Positions 23,371 through 37,020 of a stretch of 64,000 bases of DNA are shown here, one piece after another. Position numbers and translations under genes: made by a program. Source of the stretch: Chiloscyllium plagiosum (lineage: Eukaryota); assembly GCF_004010195.1 (NCBI RefSeq), contig NC_057749.1, positions 15,309,726 through 15,373,725 of the forward strand, in the 5' to 3' direction. Each line of letters opens with the position of its first letter. The stretch's first letter is position 1. The notes under the pieces are model-generated. The model did no database searches, was not told the DNA's origin, and saw only the letters and a program-made list of their open reading frames with translations.

Positions 23371-25320
23371 AAATGCCACATAAAGGGTTTTTTTCTCTTT
23401 AATACAGACTGTCCCCAGGTTGCAAAGAGGTTCTGTCGATTCACAAGTTGACTTGTATGCAAGTCAGAACACAATGCAAGACAATGAAAAATGGCCACGC
23501 ACAATTGCATCTGATAGATATGTAAAATTACACTCTGTAAGGGATCACGATTGTAAGTCAGACGTGCATAAGTTAGGGACACCCTGTACTTGTTGAGGCA
23601 CTCATATAAAAAAGATATGAAGACCTATTGCTGACTGCTGCCATGGTTCCTGGGGCAGTTGGTAAATCAGGAGAAAGCCACTTCCTGAGGACAATCCATG
23701 ATGATGTTGAAGGTATGGAAATCTTCTCAGCTACCATGTAATGATAATTCCAAATGCAAGATTTCAGGAGATGACAGCACTATGAAGGAAACACAACATT
23801 TGTGCAGCAAGGTAACAATTTACTCATAGCTTATAAAATCAACTAGAGATGCAATAGGTAACATCAATCCAATCATATAGTCAAGTATTATTCAGTATGC
23901 CAGCTATTCTTTGCTGATTGAAAATGCAGATGAGACTAATTGCTTTTCTGATTAATAAATTAAAAATTACATAATTGGCTCCCTTATTGGACATGTGATT
24001 GCAATACTCGTTTGCAAGGTAAATACATGTGATGCTAAACAGGCTTTGCATGCAAATATCCAATTGGCTGTACTGCTTGCAGTTAGAGTCATACAATATG
24101 GAAACAGACCCTTCGGTCCAACTAGTCCACGCCAACCAGGTTTCTCAAACTCAAACTAAAAACTATGTGTTTGATCCATATCTCTCCAAAGATTTCTTAT
24201 TCATGTTTTTTAAAGGCTTTAACTGTACATGTATCCACCACTTCCTCTGGAAGTTTGTTCCACATATGAGCCACTCTCAGCAATCAGGCCTTCACCTACA
24301 TGCACAGGAGGAACAGGAAGCAGCAGCTAGGAATGAGCAATGGCGTTCATTGTCCAGAAGCTGCATCAGTGCAGAAAATCCTGTGACTTGTCTGTCTGCC
24401 TCCATGAATAGGTTGGTGGCTCCAATGGAGGGCCTCAGTGGCTGCCAGAGGAGCATACACACCTACAATCTACTGCCCCAGCCACTGGTGCTCAGAACAG
24501 AAGGCATGGCAGCAGGAGATGGAAAACTTGGTCCATACTGCAGGTGTCCTTTCCCCACAAGGAAACAGAGCAATGCCATGAGGCAGCCAGCTGCAGGAGG
24601 AATCACAAAGAGAGACCTATCTAGCTCTGTTCCCGAACAACTGAAACAGATGCCAATTTGCAGCCTATGTAATAGGCAGGTGAATTATTTGTACTTAGAT
24701 AAAATCAAAAGTCACAGTGATGTGGTGATTGGAAAACTGTTCAGCTGTGTAGGAATACACTTCTGGATATGAAAAAAATGCATGTGATCTTTAATCTTTT
24801 TCTATAATTGTTGGGAATGTAAAACAAAATGCAGAGTGTACAAGACTCTTTTCACCAATGAGCACTTTACTTCCTTGATTACTGAATAATGGTAAATATT
24901 TGTTCAGTAATGCATGTACACAAGCGATATACATTGATCTGTATTGAAAATTAGCCTACTGAGCCCTGAATCCTTTTCCTGATTCACCACTCTTTAGCAT
25001 GGTTACAAGGCTATAGAGTTACCGAGTCATACAGCATGGAAACAGAGCCTTCGGTCCAACTCGTCCATGCCGAACAAGTTTCCCAAACTAAATTAGTCCC
25101 ATTATCCAGCTTCTCTGTGTACCACAAACCCTCCAGTTGTTGTTATTACTCGTTCTTTGCATAAATAAAACCCTGACATCAGTTTTCAAATTACACTTTA
25201 CAAGTTTGCACCTAAACCTCTCTGGCCTGCAGTCATGGTCTCACTTGAAATTAGCATGGCTTAAATTTTTCCATTCTGCTTGGTATCCTGAAAAACCTAC
25301 AAGTCTCTTACGTTAATAGT

Positions 25321-25490
25321 TGAGAATGTTGTGCTGGAAAAGCACAGCAGGTCAGGCAGCATCCAAGGAGCAGAAGAATCGACGTTTCGGGCATAAGCCC
25401 TTCATCAGGAATGCTGCCTGACCTGCTGTGCTTTTCTAGCACCACACTCTCAACTCTGATCTCCAGCATCTGCCGTCCTCATTTTCTCCC
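25321..25490. mobile_element. Short Penelope-derived element (P2) with inverted arms
   Basis: Intact minus-strand core at 25377-25412; TSD gttaatagt at 25312-25320 and 25495-25503. Confidence 0.75.
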
Positions 25491-26459
25491 CTATGTTAAT
25501 AGTCAGGGTTTTCCAGACCTTTTTAATTTCAAATCATCTGACATTGGAGATCCAGCCTTCTAGCCATTTCTTCAAGGGCTTGGATTTTTCTTTCTTTGTG
25601 TTAGTAATAAAACCCGACCAGAGGATTTGAAAACACATTCTATTAAGTTAGCAACATGACTCTATTTGCTTTGTTGAATTCTGCTCTTTTTTATCATTTG
25701 TGCTAAAGTAAGATCAATTCCAACAGCCCCTTGAGCTATTCAATACTATTCATGAACCATATTTTTAAAATTCAAACATGCACAATTTTGTACATATTGA
25801 ATTTTTAACTCTAAGAATTCTTCTACTTGCAAACTATTCTGAACTCTTTGTAATTTATTGATTTGTAGAAACACTCATTCTTTCTCCCTTCTTGGACACC
25901 ATAATGCAGAAGGCAAGGATGTAAGAGGGGTATATGAATGAAAAATGGGTTTATGAATAGGAAGGGTAAGGAGGCCACACAGATTGAAGATTTTGGGCAA
26001 AAGATGAAAAGGGAATGTGAGAGATTTTTAAAAATGCAGTGAACAGTAATGGCCTGGGAGCATGCTGCCTTCGAAGATAGTGGAACTGCAAATGATCAAA
26101 GATTTCAAAATGTAATTGAAAGGATACTTGCAAGCATTAAGCAAACGGGACTAGATGAACAGAGCAGGAGAATGGGACAGACTGGATTGCTGTATAGAGA
26201 GCGCTAGAAAACTGCAGACATAGGTTTGACAGGCTGAATGGCTCCCTTCTGTATTGCAATGATTATGGTTAAAAGTGTATTGCGGTAGCCTCACCAGGGA
26301 CTATTTAGCAATTTTGATTGCTGCAATGTGTTATTGCATTAACCTGTAAACAGGAAACAACTTCACCTAAATACACTTTGGAGAATTACACAAAGGTAAA
26401 TCCTTAGGGGTCTGGTGTAGAGCAAGACTCTTAAAGAAATAAGTTTTTTTATTATTAAT

Positions 26460-28540
26460 TCAGGGGAATATGGACATCGCTGGTTATGCCAATATTATTG
26501 CCATCTCTAATTAACATGGCAAAGGTGGTGGTGAAAGTGGTTCTTGAATCTCTGCACTCCTTTGGGTGTGGGAACAGCCATGGTGCTGTTATAGAGTGAG
26601 TTCCAGGATCTTGACCCAGTGACCCTGAAGGAACAGCAAAATACGATGGTGTGTGACTTGAAGGGGAAGTACAGTTGTGTTCCAATGCATCTGCTGCCTT
26701 TGTCCTTCTACATGGTATGAGTTGTGAGTTTGGAAGGTGCTTTTGAAGAAGCCTTGGTGAGTTGTAGCAGACCTTGTGCAGTTTGTATACAGTGTTACCA
26801 TTGTGCATCAATGGTGAACGGAGTCACTGTTGAGGGTAGTGGATGGGGTACCAGTCAAGCAGGCCGCTTTCTCCTGAATGGTGTCTTGTTAGAGAGCATT
26901 CATCCAGACAAATGGAATGTATTCTGTTACATTTCCGACTTGTGCCTTGTAGATGATGGACAGGCCTTGGGGAAACAGGAAGTAAGTTACTTGGTGCAGA
27001 ATTCCAAGCTTCTCACCTACTGTTGAAGCCATGTAAGTATGGCTAATCCACTTCAATTTCCATTTAATGGTATACTCCGGGATGTTGATATTTGGAAATT
27101 CAACAAATAACATTGAACATCAACAGGTGATGTTTCGATTTGGTCTTGCTGGGGATGATCACTGCCTGGTAGTTATGTGGCATGAATGTTACTTACCATC
27201 TATTATCCCAAAACTAAGGTTGTCTATGTCTTGCTGCACTTGGACATGGTCTATTTTAGTATCTGAAGAGTCAGGAATGCTGCTGAACATTGTGCAATGC
27301 TCAGCAAACATTCCCACTTTTGAGCTTATGATGGAGGGAAGGTCATTGATGAAGCAGCAGCAGTTAGTTGGGCGGACAATACTATTCTGAGGAATTCCTG
27401 CTGTGATGTCCTGGCGCTGAGCTCATTAACCTACACCAACCACCACCATCTCCCTTGTGCCAGGCATGATTCCAACAAGTGAAGAAGTTTTCCCCAGTTC
27501 CCATTGACTCCACTTCTGGTATAGGGTTCCAAGATGCCATACTCGGTCAAATTCTGTCTTGACATCAAGGGTAGTTACTCTCACCTCACTGTGGTGTTCA
27601 GCTTTCTTGTCCCTGTTTGAACCAAGGCTGTTATAAGGTCAGCAGCTGAGTGGTCCAGGTGGAGTGCACGCTGAGCACCAGTGAGCAGGTCATTCCTTTG
27701 CAAGTGCTGTTTGGTACGACTGGGATAACCGCTTCCATCACTTTCCTGATGATCGACAGCATGCTGAATGGCCAGACTGGATTTATCGTGCCTTTTGTGC
27801 ATAAGACATAGCCAGGCAATTTTCCAAACTGTTGGATAGTTGCCATTGTTGTAACTGCATTGGAACAGCTTGTTTAGGCATATGGCAAATTCTGGAATGC
27901 TAATTTTCAGTACTATTGCTAAATTATTGCCAGGGCTCATGACCTCTGCCATATCCAGTGTCTTCAGCATTTTATGTTACCACATGGGTTTATCACAATT
28001 AGTTGAAGATAGCATTGGTAATGTTGGGGACCTCCAGAAGAGGTCAAAATTGATTATCTGCTCAGCTCTTCTGGCTGAAGATGGGTACAAATACTTCTTT
28101 TGCACTGATGTGCTGGGATCACTCACATTGAGGATAAGGATATTTGTGGACTGCCCACTCCCAGTTAGTTGTTTAATTGTCCAGCACATTCACAACAGGT
28201 GGCAAGACTGCAGAGATTAGATCTGATCTGTTGGCTGTGGGATTGTTTAGGTAAAAACGATGACTGCAGATGCTGGAAACCAGATTCTGGATCAGTGGTG
28301 CTGGAAGAGCACAGCAATTCAGGCAGCATCCGACGAGCAGCAAAATCGACGTTTCGGGCAAAAGCCCTTCATCAGGAATCAGGGATTGTTTAGCCTTGTG
28401 GACTGGGTGTTGATTCTGCTGTTTGGAATAGAAGTACTCCTGTGTTGTGATAGCTTCGTCAAGTTGATACTTCACTTTTTAAATAGGGATACCTGGTGAT
28501 GCTCCTGGCATGCCCTCTTGCAGCGTTCATTGAACCTCTT
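26460..28540 (-). mobile_element. Old CR1/L2-superclade LINE, heavily decayed
   Basis: Minus-strand peptides LNKLFQCSYNNGNYPTVWKIA, LSIIRKVMEAVI, DHSAADLITALVQ and GLSIIYKAQVGNVTEY; a related tail lies at 32920-33245. Confidence 0.75.
28251..28381 (-). mobile_element. Short Penelope-derived element (P2 variant) with intact hammerhead core
   Basis: Minus strand ATTC-CTGATGA-A-GGGC-TTTT-GCCC-GAAA-CGTC-GATT at 28379-28344; TSD gggattgtttag at 28239-28250 and 28382-28393. Confidence 0.8.
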
Positions 28541-28558
28541 CATCACCAATGACAGAGC

Positions 28559-28739
28559 GTGACTTGGAGGAGCCGATGTTGGACTGGGATCGACAAAGTT
28601 AAAAATCACACAACACCAGGTTATTGTCCAACAGGTTTACTTGGAAGCACTAGCTTCCAAGGATGAAGGAGCGACGCTCCGAAAGCTAGTGCTTCCAAAT
28701 AAACCTGTTGGACAATAACCTGGTGTTGTGCGATTTTAA
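28559..28739. mobile_element. Palindromic Penelope-derived element (P1)
   Basis: Two inverted arms of about 65 bp; TSD caatgacagagc at 28547-28558 and 28740-28751. Confidence 0.8.
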
Positions 28740-28989
28740 CAATGACAGAGCAGCATACATTTTGTAGATTTAAAGTTGTGGAAATGTTTGACTTCATACT
28801 GTGTTCCCCACAATATCAACATTTTTTACTCTTTAACAACTATCAATTCAAAACAAATTTATTTAACTTTGCCTCTCTCTTTGCCTTCCAGTGTCTTATG
28901 TCGTAATTATAATAAAAAACACAATTGCTGATATTCATGTATAGAACACAAGGTGGCAGTATAAGACTGATTCGGATCTTAGTACATTT

Positions 28990-29985
28990 TAGAATAGTGA
29001 TACAGTGGTGTTCCACAGGGACCTGTGCTGGTCCACTTTTGTTTGTCATTTATATAAATGATTTGGATGAGAATATAGAGGGCATGGTTAGTAAGTTTGC
29101 AGATAACACATAGATTGGTGCTATGGTGGATAGTGAAGAAGGTTATCCAAGGTTAAAAAGAGGTTTTGATCAAATGGGGTCAAGGTGCTAAAGAGTGGCA
29201 GATTGAGTTTAATTTGGTTAAATGTTACATTTTGGAAAAACAAAGGACTTGTACAAATAAAGTAGGACTCTTTGGGTGGTGGTGTAGGACAGAGAGAGAT
29301 AGGGCTTCACACACATAATTCTTTGAAGTTTGCATCATGTTTAGACTGAAGAAGGTGTTTTGCACGCTTGCCTTCATTGCTCATATATTTGAGTAAATGA
29401 GTTGGGATGTCTTGTTGAGGTTGTACAGGACATTAGTGCGGTTTCTTCTGGAATACTGTGCCAGTTCTGGTCGCCCTGTTATAGAAAGGATATTATTAAG
29501 CTGGAGAGGGTTCAGAAGAGATTTACCAGGAGGTTGCCAGGAATGGAGGGTTTGAGTTATGAGGAGAGGCTGGGTAGGCTGGGACTTTTTTCACTGGAGC
29601 ATAGGGAGTTGAGGGGTGAGCTTAGAGGGGTTTATGAAATAATGAGGGGCATGGATAAGGTGAATGGCAGGTGTGTTTTGCCTCGGGTTGGTGATTTCAA
29701 GATGAGGGGACATATTTTTAAGGTGAGAGGAGAAAGATTTAAAAAAGACACGAGGGGTACCATTTTTACACAGAGAGTGGTTCAGATATGGAATGAACTA
29801 CTGGAGGAAGTGGTGGATGCAGGTACAGTCACAACGTTTACAAGACATTTCGATGTGAATAAGATATATTTGAAGGGATATGGGTCAGAAGTAGGCAGTT
29901 GGGACTAGTTTAGTTTGGGATTCTGCTCAGCATGGACTGGTTGGACCGAAGGGTCTGTTTCCGTGCTGTATGACTCTGTGACTCT
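28990..29985 (+). mobile_element. CR1-clade LINE RT and 3' fragment
   Basis: GPLLFVIYINDLDENIEGMVSKFADNT and QFWSPCYRKDIIKLERVQKRFTR; tail ctgtatgactctgtgactct. Confidence 0.9.
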
Positions 29986-30772
29986 AATAGACTCAATTCT
30001 TCCATCGGCAGAGGTAATTAAATTACCTGTTGATATTACATTTGAGCACAGAAATGAAATCCTCACAACTAGATTAGAGTGCAGGATTTACAGTACATGG
30101 TTAAGAGGATGTGATTAGTTGTCGAATGACTCCCACTGAAGATTACATCATGAGATTAAATTTAGAAGTTAACTAAATTTTTTTTTGCTGATTTAAAGTT
30201 TGAACCCTTTCAATGGATAGGAAGAAGAAACAGAAAACACGGTCCTGGTCTAGTAGCAGGAAAGGGATGTCTTTATTTAAGATATAAATCTACCAAGGCA
30301 CGAAGATTCCTCAAAGGCACCACCAGAGCCAGAAACCATGGGATATAAACATCTGCACTTTCTCTAGCAACATTGCTTTGTGATCAAATTAGCATGAGGG
30401 AAGAGGGGAAGCTGGGGAAGAACTGGATATGATTAGCTTTTCCTACACCACAGCCTGTACAGGCTTCCTATCCAGTGACAGTCAAACTGAGGAACAGGGG
30501 CACAAAAGCAACTCAAGCACTTAAATCCAAAATTATTTTGTTCAGCTGCTTCACACTGTTTTACTCACTGGGCTTAAAAGTTTGGAAAGCAGACTATGTA
30601 TGGATTTGCATTTGATTAAAAGCACTGTTTGGATTCTTGAACATTTCTCCTGCAGTCTTAAGGACCTATTTTCAGACTTAAGTTTTGCCCTTGACAAGTA
30701 ATATTGAATGTTAAAGGTTTCAATCTGGCAGCTTGAGAAACATGATTTTGTGTTGGTTAGAATTGTTAATGT

Positions 30773-31119
30773 CCCCTTGGGAGAGGAATCCCGCACGAAT
30801 ACGGGTTTGGTTACATTTGATGTTAACACACTCCGAGCATGTATCTCACTACCCAATTTCTATGTTATCTGCTGTTTTGTTTTCTTTTTCTCTTATTTGA
30901 ATAATGTAAGAGACTTAAATATACACTCTGGTTAGTTGTAGGTTAGGTTAGTAGTTAGTTGAGTTTTGTTTTTTTTTGTCGGTATTTTTCTTTTGTTAAA
31001 TTTTGGTTATTATATATTTAAGATTTAATTGTATATCAATGTTTGTTCTTGAGAGTTTTGTTTATTTTTGTAAACTTCTAAAAATGATACATTTCTAATA
31101 AAAATATCTATATAAAAAA
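30773..31119 (+). mobile_element. Polyadenylated retroposon 3' fragment (L1/Tx1-like)
   Basis: T-rich 3' UTR, AATAAA and A-tail; exact 14-bp TSD agaattgttaatgt at 30759-30772 and 31120-31133. Confidence 0.7.
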
Positions 31120-31414
31120 AGAATTGTTAATGTAATCACGCCTGGCCACAAGGGGTCAGTTGATCCAGTTGGAGAGCTCTGAGTGAGTTAAAGATTTTCC
31201 AATGACTCAAAGTTTGGACCTCCCCCTTTTTAGCTGGTACCACCTGTCAGTGCTTGAAGAGAGAGAGAAAGAGAGAGCACACACACCCTTGCAAACTGTC
31301 TCTCCCTTTACTGAATCAAGGAGCTTATACAACACACACAGTGTGAACAGTGCGTTCAGTTTGAGTGGGAAAACAAGTGTGGGAGCGGTGGGAGCAGGAA
31401 TACAGCCTGGAATA

Positions 31415-32209
31415 ATGTTTCCCTTCAAATCCACAATGCTTCATGAAAAATCCCAGCTCCAGGAGCTGAACCATCGCCTGGAGTCTTACTTATCCAGGGT
31501 CCGACAACTGGAGCAAGAGAATCAACGACTTGTCACTGAGATCCAGCACTTAAAGACCGAGAAGAAGGCAGAAGAGCGGAGTCTTTATGTGGATGAAATC
31601 AACAAGATGAGATGGGAACTGGAGGAGCTGATATTCGAGAAATCAAAAGCTGAAATGCAACGATGCAACCTGTGGAGGGAGATCCAAGAGTTACAAAAGC
31701 ATCAGACCGCCGAACAAACAGGTTTTAAAAAAATAAGGCAACAGCTGGCTGAACACGAAAAGGTCCTTCAGCAGACCGAAACCGCCAACGCGTCTCTCGA
31801 AGCGTACATCTTGGAGCTGCGGGCAGGATGTCAAACCCTGGAAGATCAGCATGAGCAAGCAAAAAGAGAAATGAGGGAAAGGCTGAGCAGAGCGCCCCAG
31901 CTCCTGGTCACTCAGGGGTATCACAAAGTCCCCCTGATCGAAGAGAATGTTGAACAACATGCCCTTACCTTGACAGCAATGTGGGAGGAAGGCTTTGAGA
32001 TCTACAAGAACAAGATCGAAGAACTGGAAACTGCTGTTCAGCAGGACAAAGAGAAAGGTGAAGAATTGAACAGGGAAAGAGTGCTTTTGATTATGGAAAT
32101 AGAAACACTGAAGAAGGAACTTGAAGATCAATTTAATCTCCAGAACAAACTGGAAGAAGATTTTTTAACAGTTCAACAGAAGCATGACGTGGATATGGAG
32201 GAATATCAG
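31415..32209 (+). CDS. SYNM: Synemin exon 1 (short head and most of the intermediate filament rod)
   Basis: MFPFKSTMLHEKSQLQELNHRLESYLSRVRQLEQEN is an IF helix-initiation motif after a head of about 10 aa; heptad coiled coil; donor CAG|GTGAGT, phase 0. Confidence 0.92.
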
Positions 32210-32532
32210 GTGAGTGCATTTGGAAGCATTCCCTTAACTCTGTAGATGCCAAGGGAATGGACTTGGGCAGAGTTTTGTTTCTGAAGCTGCATTCTCTGTT
32301 ATTTCCATGGAAACGTTCTATGTTTATTGTATTGTTATATACTGTTTTTCAAGACCTCAGGTGATCCTTAGCAATTAACAGTTTAATTAATTGCATTATT
32401 TAAAATCGAAGTCAGTGTTGTGATGTAGGAAACAGTGTAGTCAATTTGCATACAGTAAGATCCCACAAACAGCAATATGATACTGACCAGAAAAATCTGT
32501 ACTTAGTGATGTTGGTTCAGCAGTAAATATTA

Positions 32533-32730
32533 GGAGAAAGTGAGGACTGCAGATGCTGGACATCAGAGCTGAAAAATGTGTAGCTGGAAAAGCGCAGCAG
32601 GTCAGGCAGCGTCCAAGGAGCAGGAGAAGCGACGTTTCGGGCATAAGCCCTTGCCCAAAACGTCCATTCTCCTGCTCCTTGGATGCTGCCTGACCTGCTG
32701 CACTTTTTCAGCAACACATTTTTCAGCTCA
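32533..32730. mobile_element. P2 Penelope-derived element with inverted arms, inside a Deu-type SINE
   Basis: gctggaaaagcgcagcaggtcaggcagc...gctgcctgacctgctgcactttttcagc. Confidence 0.7.
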
Positions 32731-33440
32731 GCAACAGATGTTGGCTAGCCATCAGGGAGAACTCCCACACTGTTCTTCAAAGTGGTATTAACTGTATGGA
32801 TTTAACTGATGTCAGTTAGGTTAATACTTAAAGTCCTGGGATTCATTCAGTAAGGGAGCAGAAAACCAACCAGGATTGTTGATTCTGACGACATAGAATT
32901 CCTAATAGAAAAGTGGAATAGTGTGTAGCATCTATAAGATCTACCGCATCAACTCACCCAGGTTCCTCCAACAGCACCTTCCAAACTCACAAACGTTACT
33001 ACCTAGAATGATAAGGGCAGCAGATACATGTGAACACCACCACCTGCAAGTTCCCCTCCAAACTACACACAATCCTGGCTTGGAACTCTATCATTGTTCC
33101 TTCACGGTCGCTGGGTCAAAATCCCTCTATGACAGAACTGTGGGTGTTACCTACTAACCATGGATGAGAGCAGTTCAAGAAGGCACTAACCAGTATCTTC
33201 TCAAGGGCATTCAGGAACGAGCAACAAATGCCAGAAACACCCACAAGAAAGGGTGTGTGTAAATGAGTCATGCTCTACTGAGGAGCTTTACAAATTCTAA
33301 ATATCCTGAAGTCTTACACAGGAGAAAGATGCTTCTAGGTTAGACATTAAAGAGCACTTAGCACTTAGGCCAAGAAAAGACAAGTTATCAGTAGAAAGTT
33401 AGGGAATTTTTTTATTACACCTTTACAGGAGAGTTCATAA

Positions 33441-33615
33441 TCGAGAGTGTGGTGCTGGAAAAGCACAACAGGCAGCATCCGAGGAACAGGAGATTCTTTG
33501 GATGCTGCCTGACCTGCTGAGCTTTTCCAGCACCACACTCTCAACTCTGATCTCCAGCATCTGCAGTCCTCACTTTCTCCGAGTTGATTTCAACCCTACT
33601 GCGAGGCCTCTTCCA
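33441..33615. mobile_element. P2 Penelope-derived element with inverted arms
   Basis: TSD aggagagttcataa at 33427-33440 and 33616-33629. Confidence 0.75.
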
Positions 33616-35354
33616 AGGAGAGTTCATAAGGAAAGATGATGTGTCTAAATGCGTTTTATAGTCGCATAATCTATTTATGTTGAATGTTTAAGATTCTCAG
33701 TGTGCTGAACCCGAACTGTGAGATGTCAAATGCAGGTGATAATAATCCCCAAGGTATTTGTTCTAAATTATATGAAGGAGGGATGGCTGAGGGAGTTTCA
33801 GATTTTAAAAGCAGCTTCAACAGTGATGTAAGCAAAAGTAATAGCATGCATTTTTCATGCAAGAGTTGAACGACTCACAGGTGAGTGTTGTTAGAGGTCA
33901 GTCCTTGGATCAGAGCAGTACTAGTGTTAAGCATCCCCAAACCAGAAAGGGGAGAATTTCAGCCAGTATCCTCAGTGGCATGTCCAAGTCATCATTTTCC
34001 ATGTGTGCGCGTGGACATTGATTGTTGGCAGCCCACCCAACTCTGGAGGCCCATGAGACCCTAAGCCTGTCCTTAGCTTCATCCCAGTCTCACAAATGGG
34101 GAAGGTGCTGGATAGTGATCAGAAGGAGTAAGGTAGTTTTACCCTTTCTTTTACCCTTCTAGTTTTGTGGTCAATTGTAACAGTTCATTACTCCCCAGCT
34201 CAGCACAAAACAGGGATAAGCTTGGAATCGTTCAGTCCTCACTACCAAATCTAGCCACAGAGCATCAGAGAACAAAGAATCACACAACAAATCAAGTGAC
34301 CTTTTGGCCCATTAAATCCACGTTGGCTTTTCAAAAGAGCTGTTCGGTTATATGCCCACACCTCCCGCTTTCTCCCCCATTGCCTTTCAAATGGTTTCTT
34401 CTCAAGTCTTTCTCAAATTCCATTTTGAAAGTTAGTATGGAATCTGTTTCTACCATCCTTTCAGGACATGCATTCTGGTCATAACCACTCGCAGTGAAAA
34501 AACTCCCTACACTTCTTTTGCTAATTATCTTAAATTAACGTCTTCTAGTTACCAACTGTTCAGTTCTGACGACCAACTCTAGCAAAACCCTTGTGAAAAC
34601 CCCTATTTAATCTGCAAAGTGAAAGAATTTGTCTGTATAGTGAAGCAGATTCCAAAGCCACATTCCTTTGGTGACATTTCTGGCATATTTACAAAGCAGA
34701 ACTGCTCAAAGACACCTTCCTGAAATTAAGATACTTAAAATTTATATAGTTCTGTCACCTCACTCGGTACATGCAAAGTTTGTATTATGGGTGGAGATAG
34801 AGCATCCATTTTCTATAGCACAACGATTCACAAACACTTTGCCTCTGATTGGATAACTCAGTGTGGATCCGGAGACAAATCATTCTTGTGCACACTTCCT
34901 TAACTTCAATTCCATTTTGCGCAAAGAGGTTGCTGAGCAACAACATTTCTTTACATCTGAATACTGAGCTCAGAGAATATGTAGAGAAGCATTTGATGAT
35001 GGAAAGGATGAAATATTGTTTATTTAAAATGTTCATTGTTATGAAAACCCAGTGGGATCTGAAGTGTTGGATTTTTGCCTTGGAGACCCAAGTTCAACGC
35101 CAGCACGCCTGATGCTTGCAAGCTTGCTGCGTACTCAGCTGCCAAGATCGTCTCGATAGGCCCATCTGAAGAGAAGAAACTGGAGTGGAAATGTTTTTTC
35201 TATTTTCCTACCTTCTCCTTGAAATTGCTGAGTCTTGCCTAAATACAGGTCCTTGAGCACTGACAGACCCCTGCTGGCCTGCCCAGGTGACTAGTGAGAG
35301 TTGTGAGGGTATGTGGTTCAGGTGTGGGAAAATGGGCAGTACATGATTTGGATG

Positions 35355-36445
35355 CGAGCATAAGAGGTACAGTTAGTAAGTTTGCAGTTGACACCAAAAT
35401 TGGGGTGTGGTGGACAGTGAAGAAGGTTACCTCAGATTAGAATGGGATCATGATCAGATGGAAATGTGTTGCTGGAAAAGCGCAGCAGGTCAGGCAGCAT
35501 CCAGGGAACAGGAGAAGAAGGGCTTATGCCCGAAACGTCGATTCTCCTGTTCCCTGGATGCTGCCTGACCTGCTGCGCTTTTCCAGCAACACATTTCCAG
35601 CTCTGATCTCCAGCATCTGCAGACCTCACTTTCTCCTCATGATCAGATGGGCCAATGGGCCAAGGAGTGGCAGATGGAGTTTAATTTAGATAAATGCGAA
35701 ATGCTGCATTTTAGGAAAGCAAATCCTAGCAGGATTTATACACTTAATGGTAAGGTCCTAGGGAATGTTGCTGAACAAAGAGACCTTGGAGTGCAGGTTC
35801 ATAGCTCCTTGAAAGTGGAGTCATGGGTAGATAGGATAGTGAAGAAGGTGTTTGGTATGGTTTCCTTTATTGGTCAGAGTATTGAGTACAGGAGTTGGGA
35901 GGTCATGCCACTTTTGGAATATTGTGTGCAATTCTGGTCTCCTTCCTATCAGAAAGATGTTGTAAAATTTGAAAGGGTTTAGAAGGATGTTGCCAGGGTT
36001 GGAGGATTTGAGCTATAGGGAGAGGTTGAATAGGCTGGGGCTGTTTTCCCTGGAGCGTCAAAGGCTGAAAGGTGACCTTATAGAGGTTTATAAAGTAATG
36101 AAGGGCATGGATAGGATAAATAGACAGAGTCTCTTCCCTGGGGTGGTGGAGTCCAGAACTAGAGGGAATAGGTTTAGGGTGAGAGGGGAAAGATATAAAA
36201 GAGACCTAAGGGGCAACGTTTTTCACGCAGAGAGTAGTATGTGTATGGAATGAGCTGCCAGAGGAAGTGGTGGAGGCTGGTACAATTACAACATTTAAAA
36301 GGCATCTGGATGTGTATATGAATAGGAAAGGTTCAGAGGGATATGGGTCAGGTGCTGATAGGTGGGACTAGATTGGTTAGGATATCTGGTCGGTTGGACT
36401 GAAGGGTCTGTTTAAGTGCTGTACATCTCTGTGACTCTATGATTC
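35355..36445 (+). mobile_element. CR1-clade LINE RT and 3' fragment
   Basis: WQMEFNLDKCEMLHF...EQRDLGVQVH...LEYCVQFWSP and LKGDLIEVYKVMKG; tail ctctgtgactctatgattc. Confidence 0.9.
35462..35636. mobile_element. P2 Penelope-derived element nested in CR1
   Basis: Exact inverted arms; 14-bp TSD tcatgatcagatgg at 35448-35461 and 35637-35650. Confidence 0.85.
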
Positions 36446-36684
36446 ACAGGTCAAACTGATTTTGTCTTCACTTTCCATTCATGCTCTCCATAGCTGCTGC
36501 CATTCATAGAAACTCAGATTTATGTTACTCATTAATCCACAGGCACTGAGGATTCCTGTAGTTGCAGCTGTTAGCTGATATCAGCACAGGCTGGGGTATG
36601 GAAAAGGAACCAATCCGATATGTCTCGCTCAGTGTTTCACCAGGTGGTGTAGATATCATCTGACCTGTGGAAAAACTTTTAAAA

Positions 36685-37020
36685 TTAATTCATGAGGGAT
36701 AAGGGTGTTGCTGGCTAGACAACATTTATTATCCATCCCTAATTGCCCAGAGGGCAGTTAAAAATCAACCACATTCCAGTGGGTCTGGAGTCCTATGTAG
36801 GCCAGACCAGGTAAGGATAGCAGTTTCTTCCCTAAAGGACATTAGTGACCCAGATGGGTTTTTCTTAACAATTGACAATGGATTTGTGGCTGACATTAGA
36901 CATTTAGTTCCAAACTTTTATTGAATTCAACTATCACCATCTGCTGTAGCAGGATTCGAACCTGGGTCCCCAGAAAACTACCTGGATTTCTAGATTAACA
37001 GTGCAGCGATAATACCACTG
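36685..37020 (-). mobile_element. tRNA-derived SINE
   Basis: ccatccctaattgccc...ccctaaaggacattagtga...ggattcgaacc. Confidence 0.65.

Noticed and set aside
24029..24772. 247-aa ORF
   Set aside because: Its first part is an antisense CR1 tail (about 24085-24275) and the rest has no recognisable domain or splice support.
31202..31414. 71-aa N-terminal extension of synemin from the upstream in-frame ATG
   Set aside because: Synemin has a head of about 10 aa matching the ATG at 31415, and the extension runs through promoter-like sequence (AP-1 site, GA/CA runs). It is not formally excluded without transcription start data.
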